This document shows positions 1 to 8,099 of a stretch of 64,000 nucleotides of DNA, piece by piece. The DNA comes from Bdellovibrionales bacterium (GTDB lineage Bacteria > Bdellovibrionota > Bdellovibrionia > Bdellovibrionales > JAGQZY01): assembly GCA_031426555.1 (NCBI GenBank), contig JANPLN010000064.1, forward strand, positions 1 to 64,000, written 5' to 3'. The notes beneath the pieces were generated by a model, which saw nothing but the letters and a program-made list of their open reading frames with translations, was not told the DNA's origin and searched no databases. A program made the translations under genes and the position numbers. Each line of letters starts with the position of its first letter. Position 1 is the first letter of the stretch.

Positions 1-28
1 CCAAGACACGCCAATTGGCGTGTCTTGG
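1..28. repeat. Perfect 28-bp palindrome at window start
   Basis: ccaagacacgccaattggcgtgtcttgg equals its own reverse complement. Confidence 0.9.
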
Positions 29-58
29 TGTTTAATTGAGTGTTTTATGGAGGTTTTT

Positions 59-1018
59 ATGTGGCGTTTTTTGTCTCTACTCGTACTACTTGTGACAACT
101 CAGTCTTTCGCAGGGATACCCGGACTCAAAGGACATTACACTAAAGCCCTTGTTTTTTCTCAGATCAATGCCATTCAAAATCATCCGTTAAGTAAATCAG
201 CCAGCTGCCAAAAACAGTTAACAGATATGACAAAAGACAACGAACTCACAATCCTGGTGGCTTTTGGATATATGGACTTTTCTGCGGGACAAGACGTCGT
301 TGATTCTGGATCGTCACTTTATAGTTTAGGAAGTGTCTTAGATCCCGATGCCCTAGAAGCATTTTCAGCTGCGCTCACGCGCTCTTGCTCCACGGCTGGA
401 TTTAGTTCCAAAAACCAAGCGTTTGCTTGTGGCTTTAGAAAATCTGGAAAAAGTTTTTCCAAAAACATCACAAACCAATTTACTGGCAAAAAAACTCGAG
501 TTTTCGTTAGACTCGTAAATTCCGCATACTCCTCGAACGATAGTCAAAACAAAACAAAGTACGCCCCTCAGCAAAAGCAAAAATCGCAAACTGCGCAAAA
601 TGAGTTTCTTTCTGCATTACAAAACTATGATGCCGTTCTTTATCTTGGGCACGCACGCAGTGGAGGCGGACCCGATTTTTTTCCACCGCGATTGTTAAAC
701 AACGGACATGTAGATTACGGATACTATAAGAAAAACAAGCCGGGACTTAAAGCGATGCTCGGAGCCCTTAACGGCGCGCGCGGAGCTGACCTTATCGGTT
801 TGCTCGCGTGCAAAAGTACCGGACTTTTTGCCTCGTCAGTCAAAAAGTACTCGTCTCACTCTGCTTTGATCACAGCAGACAGTCTTTTCGATTTTGACGA
901 CCTGGTTCCCACTGGATTTACTGTAATAGAAGCTCTTGTGAGCCAGCGTTGCAATGAAAATTTTTCCAATGTGGTTCAAAGTCACTTATCTGGTGACCAA
1001 CTCAGCTTATTTTTCTAA
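59..1018 (+). CDS. Secreted protein with putative clan-CD (caspase/gingipain-fold) His-Cys dyad
   Basis: GGAGG SD at 49-53 before ATG 59; signal peptide MWRFLSLLVLLVTTQSFA; motifs VLYLGHARSGGG and IGLLACKS. Confidence 0.6.
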   Translation: MWRFLSLLVLLVTTQSFAGIPGLKGHYTKALVFSQINAIQNHPLSKSASCQKQLTDMTKDNELTILVAFGYMDFSAGQDVVDSGSSLYSLGSVLDPDALEAFSAALTRSCSTAGFSSKNQAFACGFRKSGKSFSKNITNQFTGKKTRVFVRLVNSAYSSNDSQNKTKYAPQQKQKSQTAQNEFLSALQNYDAVLYLGHARSGGGPDFFPPRLLNNGHVDYGYYKKNKPGLKAMLGALNGARGADLIGLLACKSTGLFASSVKKYSSHSALITADSLFDFDDLVPTGFTVIEALVSQRCNENFSNVVQSHLSGDQLSLFF

Positions 1019-1039
1019 ACAAAAGATGCCATTATTCAA

Positions 1040-1864
1040 TTGACGGGGGTTAGTTTGGATATTGAATCTGTACCTGAAAGCGCACATTCTGATCTTCTCA
1101 GTTCACTGCAAGGGGTATTAAGACAATATCTCGACGAAAAACCATCTCGCAGTCTTAACGGTCTTAGCAAAAAATGCGCTGTGAGTGAACCCACCCTTCG
1201 TCGAATTTATAAAGGTCAAATTAAAACACTCCCAACTGCAACAACAATCCTCGATATTTTAACCACTCTCGGCGGCGAGAAAAATACAGCTCTTATCGCT
1301 AAAAAATATTCCGGCGCAATTGCGGAATATTTAGACTCAATTATTCCGCAGGCCCAGGAGTTTGGTACGGAGTATGATTCAGAGCTCAACAACGAACTTA
1401 AAGAGCCTGTAAAGTATATCGTCTACAAACTATCTGCGAACTCAAGTGGGTTACGAATGAGTAAACTCAACGAACTCTTTGGTCGCCATGGGTTGAGTCA
1501 GGCCGAAATTCTGATTCAAAAGGGATACCTGCAAAACGACAACGATGTGCTTTTTACGAAAGTAAAAGATTTCACCATCAATCAAGAAAGTTTTGTAAAT
1601 AACTTTAAAATTGTTGCCGACTACATCAAAACACAAAATCCCATTGCGAAAACCAGTTTGCACTCACTGCTAGCCAACTATTCTGAATCGGTGAATCCCG
1701 ATGCTTTCAAGGAAATAGTTTCGCTACAAAAACGAACTCTACAAAAGATCCGAAAAATTATGTCTGACGGCGATTCAAAAGGTTCGATCCCGCTTTTCTT
1801 ACTTTTAGCCATCGATACCCTAGACCCTCAGCCAGCCCACGAATACGTAGACCCTGGACTCTAG
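1040..1864 (+). CDS. N-terminal HTH protein resembling the TIGR02147/DUF4423-like family
   Basis: HTH-like SLNGLSKKCAVSEPTLRRI; C-terminal SESVNPDAFKEIVSLQ...PLFLLLA segment typical of the family; start uncertain. Confidence 0.6.
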   Translation: MTGVSLDIESVPESAHSDLLSSLQGVLRQYLDEKPSRSLNGLSKKCAVSEPTLRRIYKGQIKTLPTATTILDILTTLGGEKNTALIAKKYSGAIAEYLDSIIPQAQEFGTEYDSELNNELKEPVKYIVYKLSANSSGLRMSKLNELFGRHGLSQAEILIQKGYLQNDNDVLFTKVKDFTINQESFVNNFKIVADYIKTQNPIAKTSLHSLLANYSESVNPDAFKEIVSLQKRTLQKIRKIMSDGDSKGSIPLFLLLAIDTLDPQPAHEYVDPGL

Positions 1865-1893
1865 TTTTTAGTGCTCTTTCTCGATCAGTAAGA

Positions 1894-2646
1894 ATGAGAC
1901 ACATTTTATTAATCATATCGTTGTTCTTTTTCACCAACAGTTTTGCCAATGAGCGCATCCAGAACGGCTGGCAAATTCCAGCGGAAAATGGTCTTGCACG
2001 CTCAATAGCTCGGTTCTCGACGGGCTCTGGTAATTGCACGGCTACATTTATTAGCAAGTTCTTTTTGTTAACCGCAGCCCACTGCACCTATCGGGCAACC
2101 GCCAGCGGTGCAAAAATCCTTGTGCGCGACGCGAACGGCGTCCTGTACGCAGCACCTGTTAAGCGACTGATCACACATCCCCAGTTTAGTATGCAGAAAA
2201 CGCCGTCATCTGGGACTTTCGTAAAAAATGACATTGCATTGATTGAAATTTCGGGTTCATTTCCGTTCTCCATCACTCCCATTGTGATTGGCAATACAAA
2301 CGAGTACGCACAAGAAGAAAATCAAGCTCGCATCTATGGCTATGGAAAATTAAATTCCACAGGTGCGGGAGTGGGAACACTGCGCTGGGGTTTTATGAAT
2401 GCCATTGTCGAGCCCGTCGCACTTTTTTACGGAGAAGATGGAATATCTATGACACCCGAAGTGAATCAGGCTCTTTGTGAGGGCGACTCTGGGGGGCCGG
2501 TGATGAAGATTGTGAACTCGCGCCGCTACTTGATTGGCGTCAACAGCCTTTCGAATGGTTGCAAAAACACATCGCAAGTCACTTCGAAGGCCGTTATCGC
2601 GAGCAAATACTTATCTTGGATGCGTCAGTACGTTAGCGGAATTTAA
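1894..2646 (+). CDS. Secreted trypsin-like (S1) serine protease
   Basis: Signal peptide; LTAAHC, NDIALI, CEGDSGGP triad motifs. Confidence 0.95.
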   Translation: MRHILLIISLFFFTNSFANERIQNGWQIPAENGLARSIARFSTGSGNCTATFISKFFLLTAAHCTYRATASGAKILVRDANGVLYAAPVKRLITHPQFSMQKTPSSGTFVKNDIALIEISGSFPFSITPIVIGNTNEYAQEENQARIYGYGKLNSTGAGVGTLRWGFMNAIVEPVALFYGEDGISMTPEVNQALCEGDSGGPVMKIVNSRRYLIGVNSLSNGCKNTSQVTSKAVIASKYLSWMRQYVSGI

Positions 2647-2995
2647 CCGAACACTCGGTAAATCTCTGCTTCTCTCCATCGTCCATCTTGAGAGTGAGAA
2701 TTCGCTTATTAGCAAACAACGTTCTACGAACGTTGAAATCGATCACGCCAATATCAACGCCGTTCATCACAATTTGAAATCTGCTTGCACCCATAGACGC
2801 GTATCCCGATTGTGGCTGCACAACTTCGCCTGCCTGATTACCAATCGAAAAAGACCGAGCCTGGCTGTTGGCATCGATCACGAGAACTTCCGTGAAATCG
2901 TCAAAACGATGGCACCAAGATCCGACATAGTCGGGAGCTGCAAAAGCATTGAGCCCAAAGAGTGTGAACATAAGCAAAAGAGCAATTTTCGTCAT
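2633..2995 (-). CDS. Small secreted hypothetical protein
   Basis: Signal peptide ending NAFA; AAAGGAA upstream; two Cys. Confidence 0.75.
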   Translation of the reverse strand: MTKIALLLMFTLFGLNAFAAPDYVGSWCHRFDDFTEVLVIDANSQARSFSIGNQAGEVVQPQSGYASMGASRFQIVMNGVDIGVIDFNVRRTLFANKRILTLKMDDGEKQRFTECSVKFR

Positions 2996-3040
2996 AGACG
3001 TTCCTTTTTTTGAGGTTTTTAAGCACTAAAACACCTATTT

Positions 3041-4324
3041 CTAGGCCCTTGGGACGATCAATGCATCCTTCGTGCCGCGCTCGATGACCACAGAAAGGAG
3101 CATGGCGAGGAGCACATAGGTTAAAAAGATGTAGAAGCCTATTTGCAAGGTAGTGTCGTTGTTAGAGATTAGCTCAAACTGTGGAATTGTGGCGCGAATG
3201 ATATCAAATTGTGTTGAAACCATTCCATTAAAGCCAATATAGGCCATTAAGATGGCGACAACCTGCACATCTGTCATGGACCATTTGCCCGACTTCAAAA
3301 CAAAAAATTTGATTAAAAAACGATTCTGCGCACCTGCGACATTAAAGTAGTAAAGAAACGACGAAATAATTTTAATAACCGGAAACACAATACTAAACAG
3401 GATCATCAACACGCCGACTATCTTCATGGCGATGGCCGGATCGTCCATTAGAACCCAGAATACATCGAGAATGCTTTTGCTTTGAAAATAAACAATTTGG
3501 TTAGTGAACTCCACCTTGTGACCAAACAGCATAAAGTTAAAATTTGCTATCTTCGCCACCATGTCGATCATCGGGCAAGTGACTCCGGCATAGAGAAGTA
3601 GCATAAGCGTTGCGCTACAAAGCAAAAAGTGAACGGTTGGGATTTTTTTAAAAATTCCCGAACAGATAAACAGCAAAGCGGAGAGACCAAGCAAAATCCA
3701 AGTCAGTCGAAACAACTCATCCATCTTTGGTTGTACCGTTTTTGCCAAGAAGTCGCTGGTTCCTTTTTTTGTCTTTTGCCCGGAACGTTGAATAATACCA
3801 TTTACTTCACTCATGTCTTGTGGCTCAAAAGTTTCGTCCAAATACTTCTGAACTCTTTCCTTTATAACCTGCTTAAGTTTTTTTTGACTATCCTTGTCTG
3901 TCATTTCTTGCACGATGGTATTGGCATACTCAGGCACATTCTTTTTGATATCGTCGATATCGACAAATGTGTTGATCAGTTTTTGCTTGATCCAGCCTTT
4001 GGTGGAATTTTTGTTGCTCTCTTTGATCTGTTCGTCGAGCTTTTCGATCAACGCGGAGAGCTGCCCCTGAACATGGTTCGAGAGATCCGATTTATTGCGC
4101 GGATCAATTTGAAACTCTTCGATCTCGGAAACAACGATGCCCGCCATCTTCTCTTTCCAGGCGTTCACATTAAAAATGCCGTACTTCATATGATTGAGAT
4201 TGGCCTCGTCGTACTTAAGATACTGCAAAACGGCTGATCGAGTGCAAATGTCATAGGTTGTCTTGGCAATCGCGCAGAGCAATGCCATTGAAATCAAGAT
4301 TCGAAGGACGTTTAAAATCTTCAT
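3041..4324 (-). CDS. PqiA-like membrane protein with large N-terminal soluble domain
   Basis: C-terminal FSIVFPVIK...KSGKWSMTDVQVVAI...GFYIFLTY PqiA-type motifs; several TM helices. Confidence 0.8.
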   Translation of the reverse strand: MKILNVLRILISMALLCAIAKTTYDICTRSAVLQYLKYDEANLNHMKYGIFNVNAWKEKMAGIVVSEIEEFQIDPRNKSDLSNHVQGQLSALIEKLDEQIKESNKNSTKGWIKQKLINTFVDIDDIKKNVPEYANTIVQEMTDKDSQKKLKQVIKERVQKYLDETFEPQDMSEVNGIIQRSGQKTKKGTSDFLAKTVQPKMDELFRLTWILLGLSALLFICSGIFKKIPTVHFLLCSATLMLLLYAGVTCPMIDMVAKIANFNFMLFGHKVEFTNQIVYFQSKSILDVFWVLMDDPAIAMKIVGVLMILFSIVFPVIKIISSFLYYFNVAGAQNRFLIKFFVLKSGKWSMTDVQVVAILMAYIGFNGMVSTQFDIIRATIPQFELISNNDTTLQIGFYIFLTYVLLAMLLSVVIERGTKDALIVPRA

Positions 4325-4390
4325 ATTTTACCAGACATGTAAACTGAATCCCGTCCAAAGGCAATATTCAATAAGGCAAAATCTAACTAC

Positions 4391-5029
4391 TCAAGCGGTG
4401 CCTAAAATAGACTCGTCTCGCCCGTTACCAGGTTGGGACTTCACTTTATGTGTTCCCTCAGCAAACTCCTCAACCATGCATTTCATAAAGGCTGGCAGAT
4501 CCTTCGGCGAGCGACTCGTCACTAAACCCGCATCTACGACCACATCTTCGTCTTGCCAAACTGCGCCAGCGTTTTCGAGATCGGTGCGAATCGATTTATA
4601 GGAGGTCAGACGGCGACCAGAAACGACGTCGGCTTCTACAAGCATCCAAGGTCCGTGACAAATGGCCGCCACTGGCTTTTGCACACCATCTGCGAAAAAG
4701 GAGGCCACAAACTCAACGGCGTCATCGTCAGCCCGGAGTCGATCAGGATTGATGACCCCGCCGGGAAGCACAAGCCCGTGATAATCGGCGGCCGAAACAG
4801 AATTCACAAGTTTTTGGACTGCAATGGTCTCTCCCCAATCGTCATTTTTCCAGGATTTTATTTCACCCATTTTAAGCGATACGATTTCCACAGTGGCGCC
4901 TTCGGCTTTTAATGCTTTTAGGGGCTCAAATAATTCAGAATGCTCAAATCCGTCGGTTGCCAAAACTGCGATTTTCTTGCCAGTTAGTTTTCCTGGTAAT
5001 TTACCGACTAGTTTCCCAGATAATTTCAT
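4391..5029 (-). CDS. PfpI/DJ-1 family (type 1 glutamine amidotransferase-like) protein
   Basis: IAVLATDGFEHSEL, LVLPGG, AAICHGPW, LVTSRSPKDL. Confidence 0.95.
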   Translation of the reverse strand: MKLSGKLVGKLPGKLTGKKIAVLATDGFEHSELFEPLKALKAEGATVEIVSLKMGEIKSWKNDDWGETIAVQKLVNSVSAADYHGLVLPGGVINPDRLRADDDAVEFVASFFADGVQKPVAAICHGPWMLVEADVVSGRRLTSYKSIRTDLENAGAVWQDEDVVVDAGLVTSRSPKDLPAFMKCMVEEFAEGTHKVKSQPGNGRDESILGTA

Positions 5030-5129
5030 ACGAACTCCTTGTGCTATTTGTTCAAGGGAGTGAGTCTACAATCATGGTGAGGAATTGAATTGCTAGTAAA
5101 GTGGCAAAACTGTGGAGAGAACTACAAAA

Positions 5130-6401
5130 TTAGTAAGTTGCTAAAATCTGGTCCAAAATTTGGTCTTGATGCTTGCGCAGATCTGCCACTTTCATGGATC
5201 CATTTTCTAATAGAAACACAAATGGAATCCACTGATCACTGCGATTTTTAAAATAACCCGCCAAGTTTGTGAGTCCATTCAGCGAACCTGTCTTCGCCAT
5301 CAAACGTCCTCTCCAGCGACTCAACCGACTCTCGAGGGTCCCTGTGCCAGGTGAAGGCAAACATTGTTGGTAAAAATTAAAGGCACGAGTTTCTTGAATT
5401 TGCGTCAACAGCAAAAGGAGTCCTTCTCCCGTAACTTTGTTGGACGAAGAAAGTCCGCTCCCATCGACGAGCGATGCCGCATATTGGTTTAAAAATGATC
5501 TGCGATTGGCCTGTGGGATCATACCGAAAACTGAATCTGCGTAAAGGTTGCTGCTATCTCGCAAAGCTGAACATAATACATCGCCGATATCACCGCCAGC
5601 GATGGCTGCTTCGACGCGTTTGCCGGAACCTTCGCGATTTGGACTCCACTCAATCCCCTGCTGGCTCGCCATGCGAATGATTTTATTTTTCATCCAATTC
5701 GTTGTGTCGGGCACCACGACATCAACGTCTACTACTGAACCGCTATTCTTTAGGTGAGTGGCAATCACATACTCAAATTCTGTTTCTGAGCCATTTAGCC
5801 AAACAAAATGCGGGCGCGTGCCGTTGTAACTGGCACCCACTTGCAAATCCAGTCTGACGTTGACATCCAAATCGGGATCCGCGATCTGCGCCCCATCACT
5901 TGTGACGTGCAATGAAACACAGTTTTGTTGAAAATTTAAAACTGCAGGTTTTGCATTATAGCAATACCCAGAGTCCTTGCTGGCGCGCATATCGGCTGGT
6001 TTTTGAATGTTAGACTGAACAATTTGTATGTCGCCTAAAATGGTTCTGACTCCGAGCGATCTCAGTAATTGAATGAGTGCCGAAGGATCAAACTCCGGTG
6101 CCCCACGACTCGAGAGCGTTAAATCCTGTATGGTGGATTGGTTTGCACCTTGATTCCACGATACACTGATCGCGGGAACGTAATCAGCCCCTAATAGCGA
6201 TAAGCCCATCTGCGCTGTGAATAGCTTCGCCAACGAAGCTGGCTTAGAAATCTTACCTTTTTCGTAGACCAGAGGCCGATCCCCACCGATGGCGAAAAAA
6301 ACTTTGGATTGCGAGGGCAAGGTAGACCAAACCTCTGCAGCGTAAAGATTTTGAAAACTTAGCAAAGTAATAAGTAAGAATACATTAAAGGACGGCTTCA
6401 T
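5130..6401 (-). CDS. dacB: D-Ala-D-Ala carboxy/endopeptidase, PBP4/DacB (S13) family, secreted
   Basis: SxxK (PASLAK), SxN (DSSN), DGSGLS, KTG (AKTGSL), NLAGY; signal peptide. Confidence 0.85.
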   Translation of the reverse strand: MKPSFNVFLLITLLSFQNLYAAEVWSTLPSQSKVFFAIGGDRPLVYEKGKISKPASLAKLFTAQMGLSLLGADYVPAISVSWNQGANQSTIQDLTLSSRGAPEFDPSALIQLLRSLGVRTILGDIQIVQSNIQKPADMRASKDSGYCYNAKPAVLNFQQNCVSLHVTSDGAQIADPDLDVNVRLDLQVGASYNGTRPHFVWLNGSETEFEYVIATHLKNSGSVVDVDVVVPDTTNWMKNKIIRMASQQGIEWSPNREGSGKRVEAAIAGGDIGDVLCSALRDSSNLYADSVFGMIPQANRRSFLNQYAASLVDGSGLSSSNKVTGEGLLLLLTQIQETRAFNFYQQCLPSPGTGTLESRLSRWRGRLMAKTGSLNGLTNLAGYFKNRSDQWIPFVFLLENGSMKVADLRKHQDQILDQILATY

Positions 6402-6458
6402 AAACTCCCGATCTGCTATCTGCGAAAGGGAATCGATACCAAAAGAGTGTCGTCTCCT

Positions 6459-6833
6459 TCAAGGAGCAAAGTGAATGTGTGAAAATCGTTCAACGATGGC
6501 ATTCATGCGCTTTCGGTTGACCCCGAGGTCGCTGTAGCCTGTGCGCGAAACCGAGCGAAAATGAATCACCTTTTGATTTGGCTCAAGATAAAATTCCACA
6601 TCGTCGATAAAACCAAAAAAGGCGCTTTTAAATGTAAAATGCAGATAATTTTCTTTTTCTGAGAGCAGCTCTGTTCCAGGAAACGAAAGCACCACTTTTT
6701 TGAGGTGCTGAAGAGATTCGCTTTGGTCCCCTTTGAAGTTCAACGGCAGCATGGAATGCCGCCGGTCTTGGCTGAAAGTAGAAACGCAATTGGGCTTATC
6801 GGGGCATGCTTTAAGGGGATTCGATGACGACAT
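6459..6833 (-). CDS. DUF1499 family protein
   Basis: CPDKPNCVST, FGFIDDVEF, SVSRTGYSDLGVNRKR. Confidence 0.9.
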   Translation of the reverse strand: MSSSNPLKACPDKPNCVSTFSQDRRHSMLPLNFKGDQSESLQHLKKVVLSFPGTELLSEKENYLHFTFKSAFFGFIDDVEFYLEPNQKVIHFRSVSRTGYSDLGVNRKRMNAIVERFSHIHFAP

Positions 6834-6852
6834 AGAGAACGAGCCTCAAAAA

Positions 6853-6929
6853 TGGTGCACCCATGAGGACTTGAACCTCAAACCCTCTGATCCGAAGTCA
6901 GATACTCTATCCAATTGAGCTATGGGTGC
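6853..6929 (-). tRNA. tRNA-Arg(TCG)
   Basis: GCACCCATAGCTCAATTGGATAGAG-TA-TCTGA-CTTCGGA-TCAGA...GGTTCAAGTCC...GGGTGCACCA; encoded CCA; 77 nt. Confidence 0.95.
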
Positions 6930-6941
6930 GTAAAAAAAATT

Positions 6942-7472
6942 CTAACGTCGCTTCTTTTTATCGTCGACGACAAAATCTTCTGTCAACGGAAAATAGAAAT
7001 CAGCCGCTGTTTTAATTTCTGGCGAAGTGGACTCCGGCCATGACCAGATTTCCACTCTGCAGCCGCGCGAACGTAGATACCACACCAATGGGAGGAAATC
7101 CTTATCTCCGCCCAAAATAATAACCACGTCCAATTTGTCCGCCATAGTCACTGCATCGATGACCATAAAGGAATCTGCATTTTTTTGTGGGCGCTTGATT
7201 TCGCCCCCCAAACTTGACCAAAAATGTTGGAACTCGGGGGAAATATCTTTGTACTCAGGTTTGTAATAAAGAATGCGCGTGATCTCTCGATCGCCCACTT
7301 TTTCTAAAATTTTACGGTAATCGGTTCGACCTTCGTGGTGTTTGAGGCCAGATAATTCTATGTTTTCAGCATCAATAAAAATGCCCACTTTTTGGAACAA
7401 AAGCTGTTTTTGTTGGTCGGCTTTGTGTTTTTCGGGGGATTTTTCCTGTGGCTTGCTGCTTGTTTTTTGCAT
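6942..7472 (-). CDS. NYN-domain (LabA/DUF88, PIN-like) protein
   Basis: IFIDAENI, KNADSFMVID, LGGDKDFLPLV..LRSRGCRVE, AADFY. Confidence 0.9.
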   Translation of the reverse strand: MQKTSSKPQEKSPEKHKADQQKQLLFQKVGIFIDAENIELSGLKHHEGRTDYRKILEKVGDREITRILYYKPEYKDISPEFQHFWSSLGGEIKRPQKNADSFMVIDAVTMADKLDVVIILGGDKDFLPLVWYLRSRGCRVEIWSWPESTSPEIKTAADFYFPLTEDFVVDDKKKRR

Positions 7473-7542
7473 ATAACCACTCCTTGTTATTACTGACTAA
7501 TTTGTATAAAAAGGTAAAAAAGAGCAAGGCGCACCACGCCTA

Positions 7543-7586
7543 AATGAAAACTGATGTCATTAGTATTGACAATGCAATTCATTATC
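7543..7586 (+). promoter_or_regulatory. Fur-box-like sites overlapping the fur promoter
   Basis: GACAATGCAATTCATTATC (7568-7586) matches 15/19 of GATAATGATAATCATTATC and overlaps TTGACA (7566-7571); second AATGA-N9-TCATT at 7543-7561. Confidence 0.7.
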
Positions 7587-7604
7587 ATTTAAAACCGAAA
7601 GCGT

Positions 7605-8093
7605 ATGCAGACTCTGCCGGTGAATAAAAATCAGCAAATTTTCCCACGCCAGGATGATATCAAAGAGATTCCTGGAAAAAAAATCATTCGCGAACTCGGT
7701 CTCAAAGTCACGCTCCAGCGCCTCGCCATCCTCGAGAAAGTGCGTAAAGGGCCGGCACATTTTACGGCCCAGGAAATCTTTGAAGAGGTCTCAGAAGACT
7801 ATCCCGAAATTGGTTTCGCCACTGTTTATCGTTTTTTAAAAAAACTCTCTGAGCATAAGTATGTTCTTGAATTTCGCATCGGTGGTCTGCCGGCTCGTTA
7901 CGAGTGGTCGACGAAGAATCACCACGATCATTTAACCTGCACTCAATGTGGTAAAATCGTCGAGTTCGAAAATCACAAGATCGAAAGCTTGCAAGAAATC
8001 ATCGCTAAAAACTACGATTTTATTCTCACCGATCACGTCATGGAACTTTATGGCATCTGCCCTGACTGCCAGAAAAAAACCAAACAACCCTAA
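7605..8093 (+). CDS. fur: Fur family transcriptional regulator
   Basis: GLKVTLQRLAIL, HFTAQEI, IGFATVYRFL, HHDHLTCTQCG, LYGICPDC. Confidence 0.92.
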   Translation: MQTLPVNKNQQIFPRQDDIKEIPGKKIIRELGLKVTLQRLAILEKVRKGPAHFTAQEIFEEVSEDYPEIGFATVYRFLKKLSEHKYVLEFRIGGLPARYEWSTKNHHDHLTCTQCGKIVEFENHKIESLQEIIAKNYDFILTDHVMELYGICPDCQKKTKQP

Positions 8094-8099
8094 GGATCT

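Noticed and set aside
1861..1893. Sigma28-like promoter before the trypsin gene (CTAG-N15-CTCGATCA)
   Set aside because: Match too weak to support
3629..4237. 202-aa plus-strand ORF
   Set aside because: Antisense shadow of the PqiA-like gene
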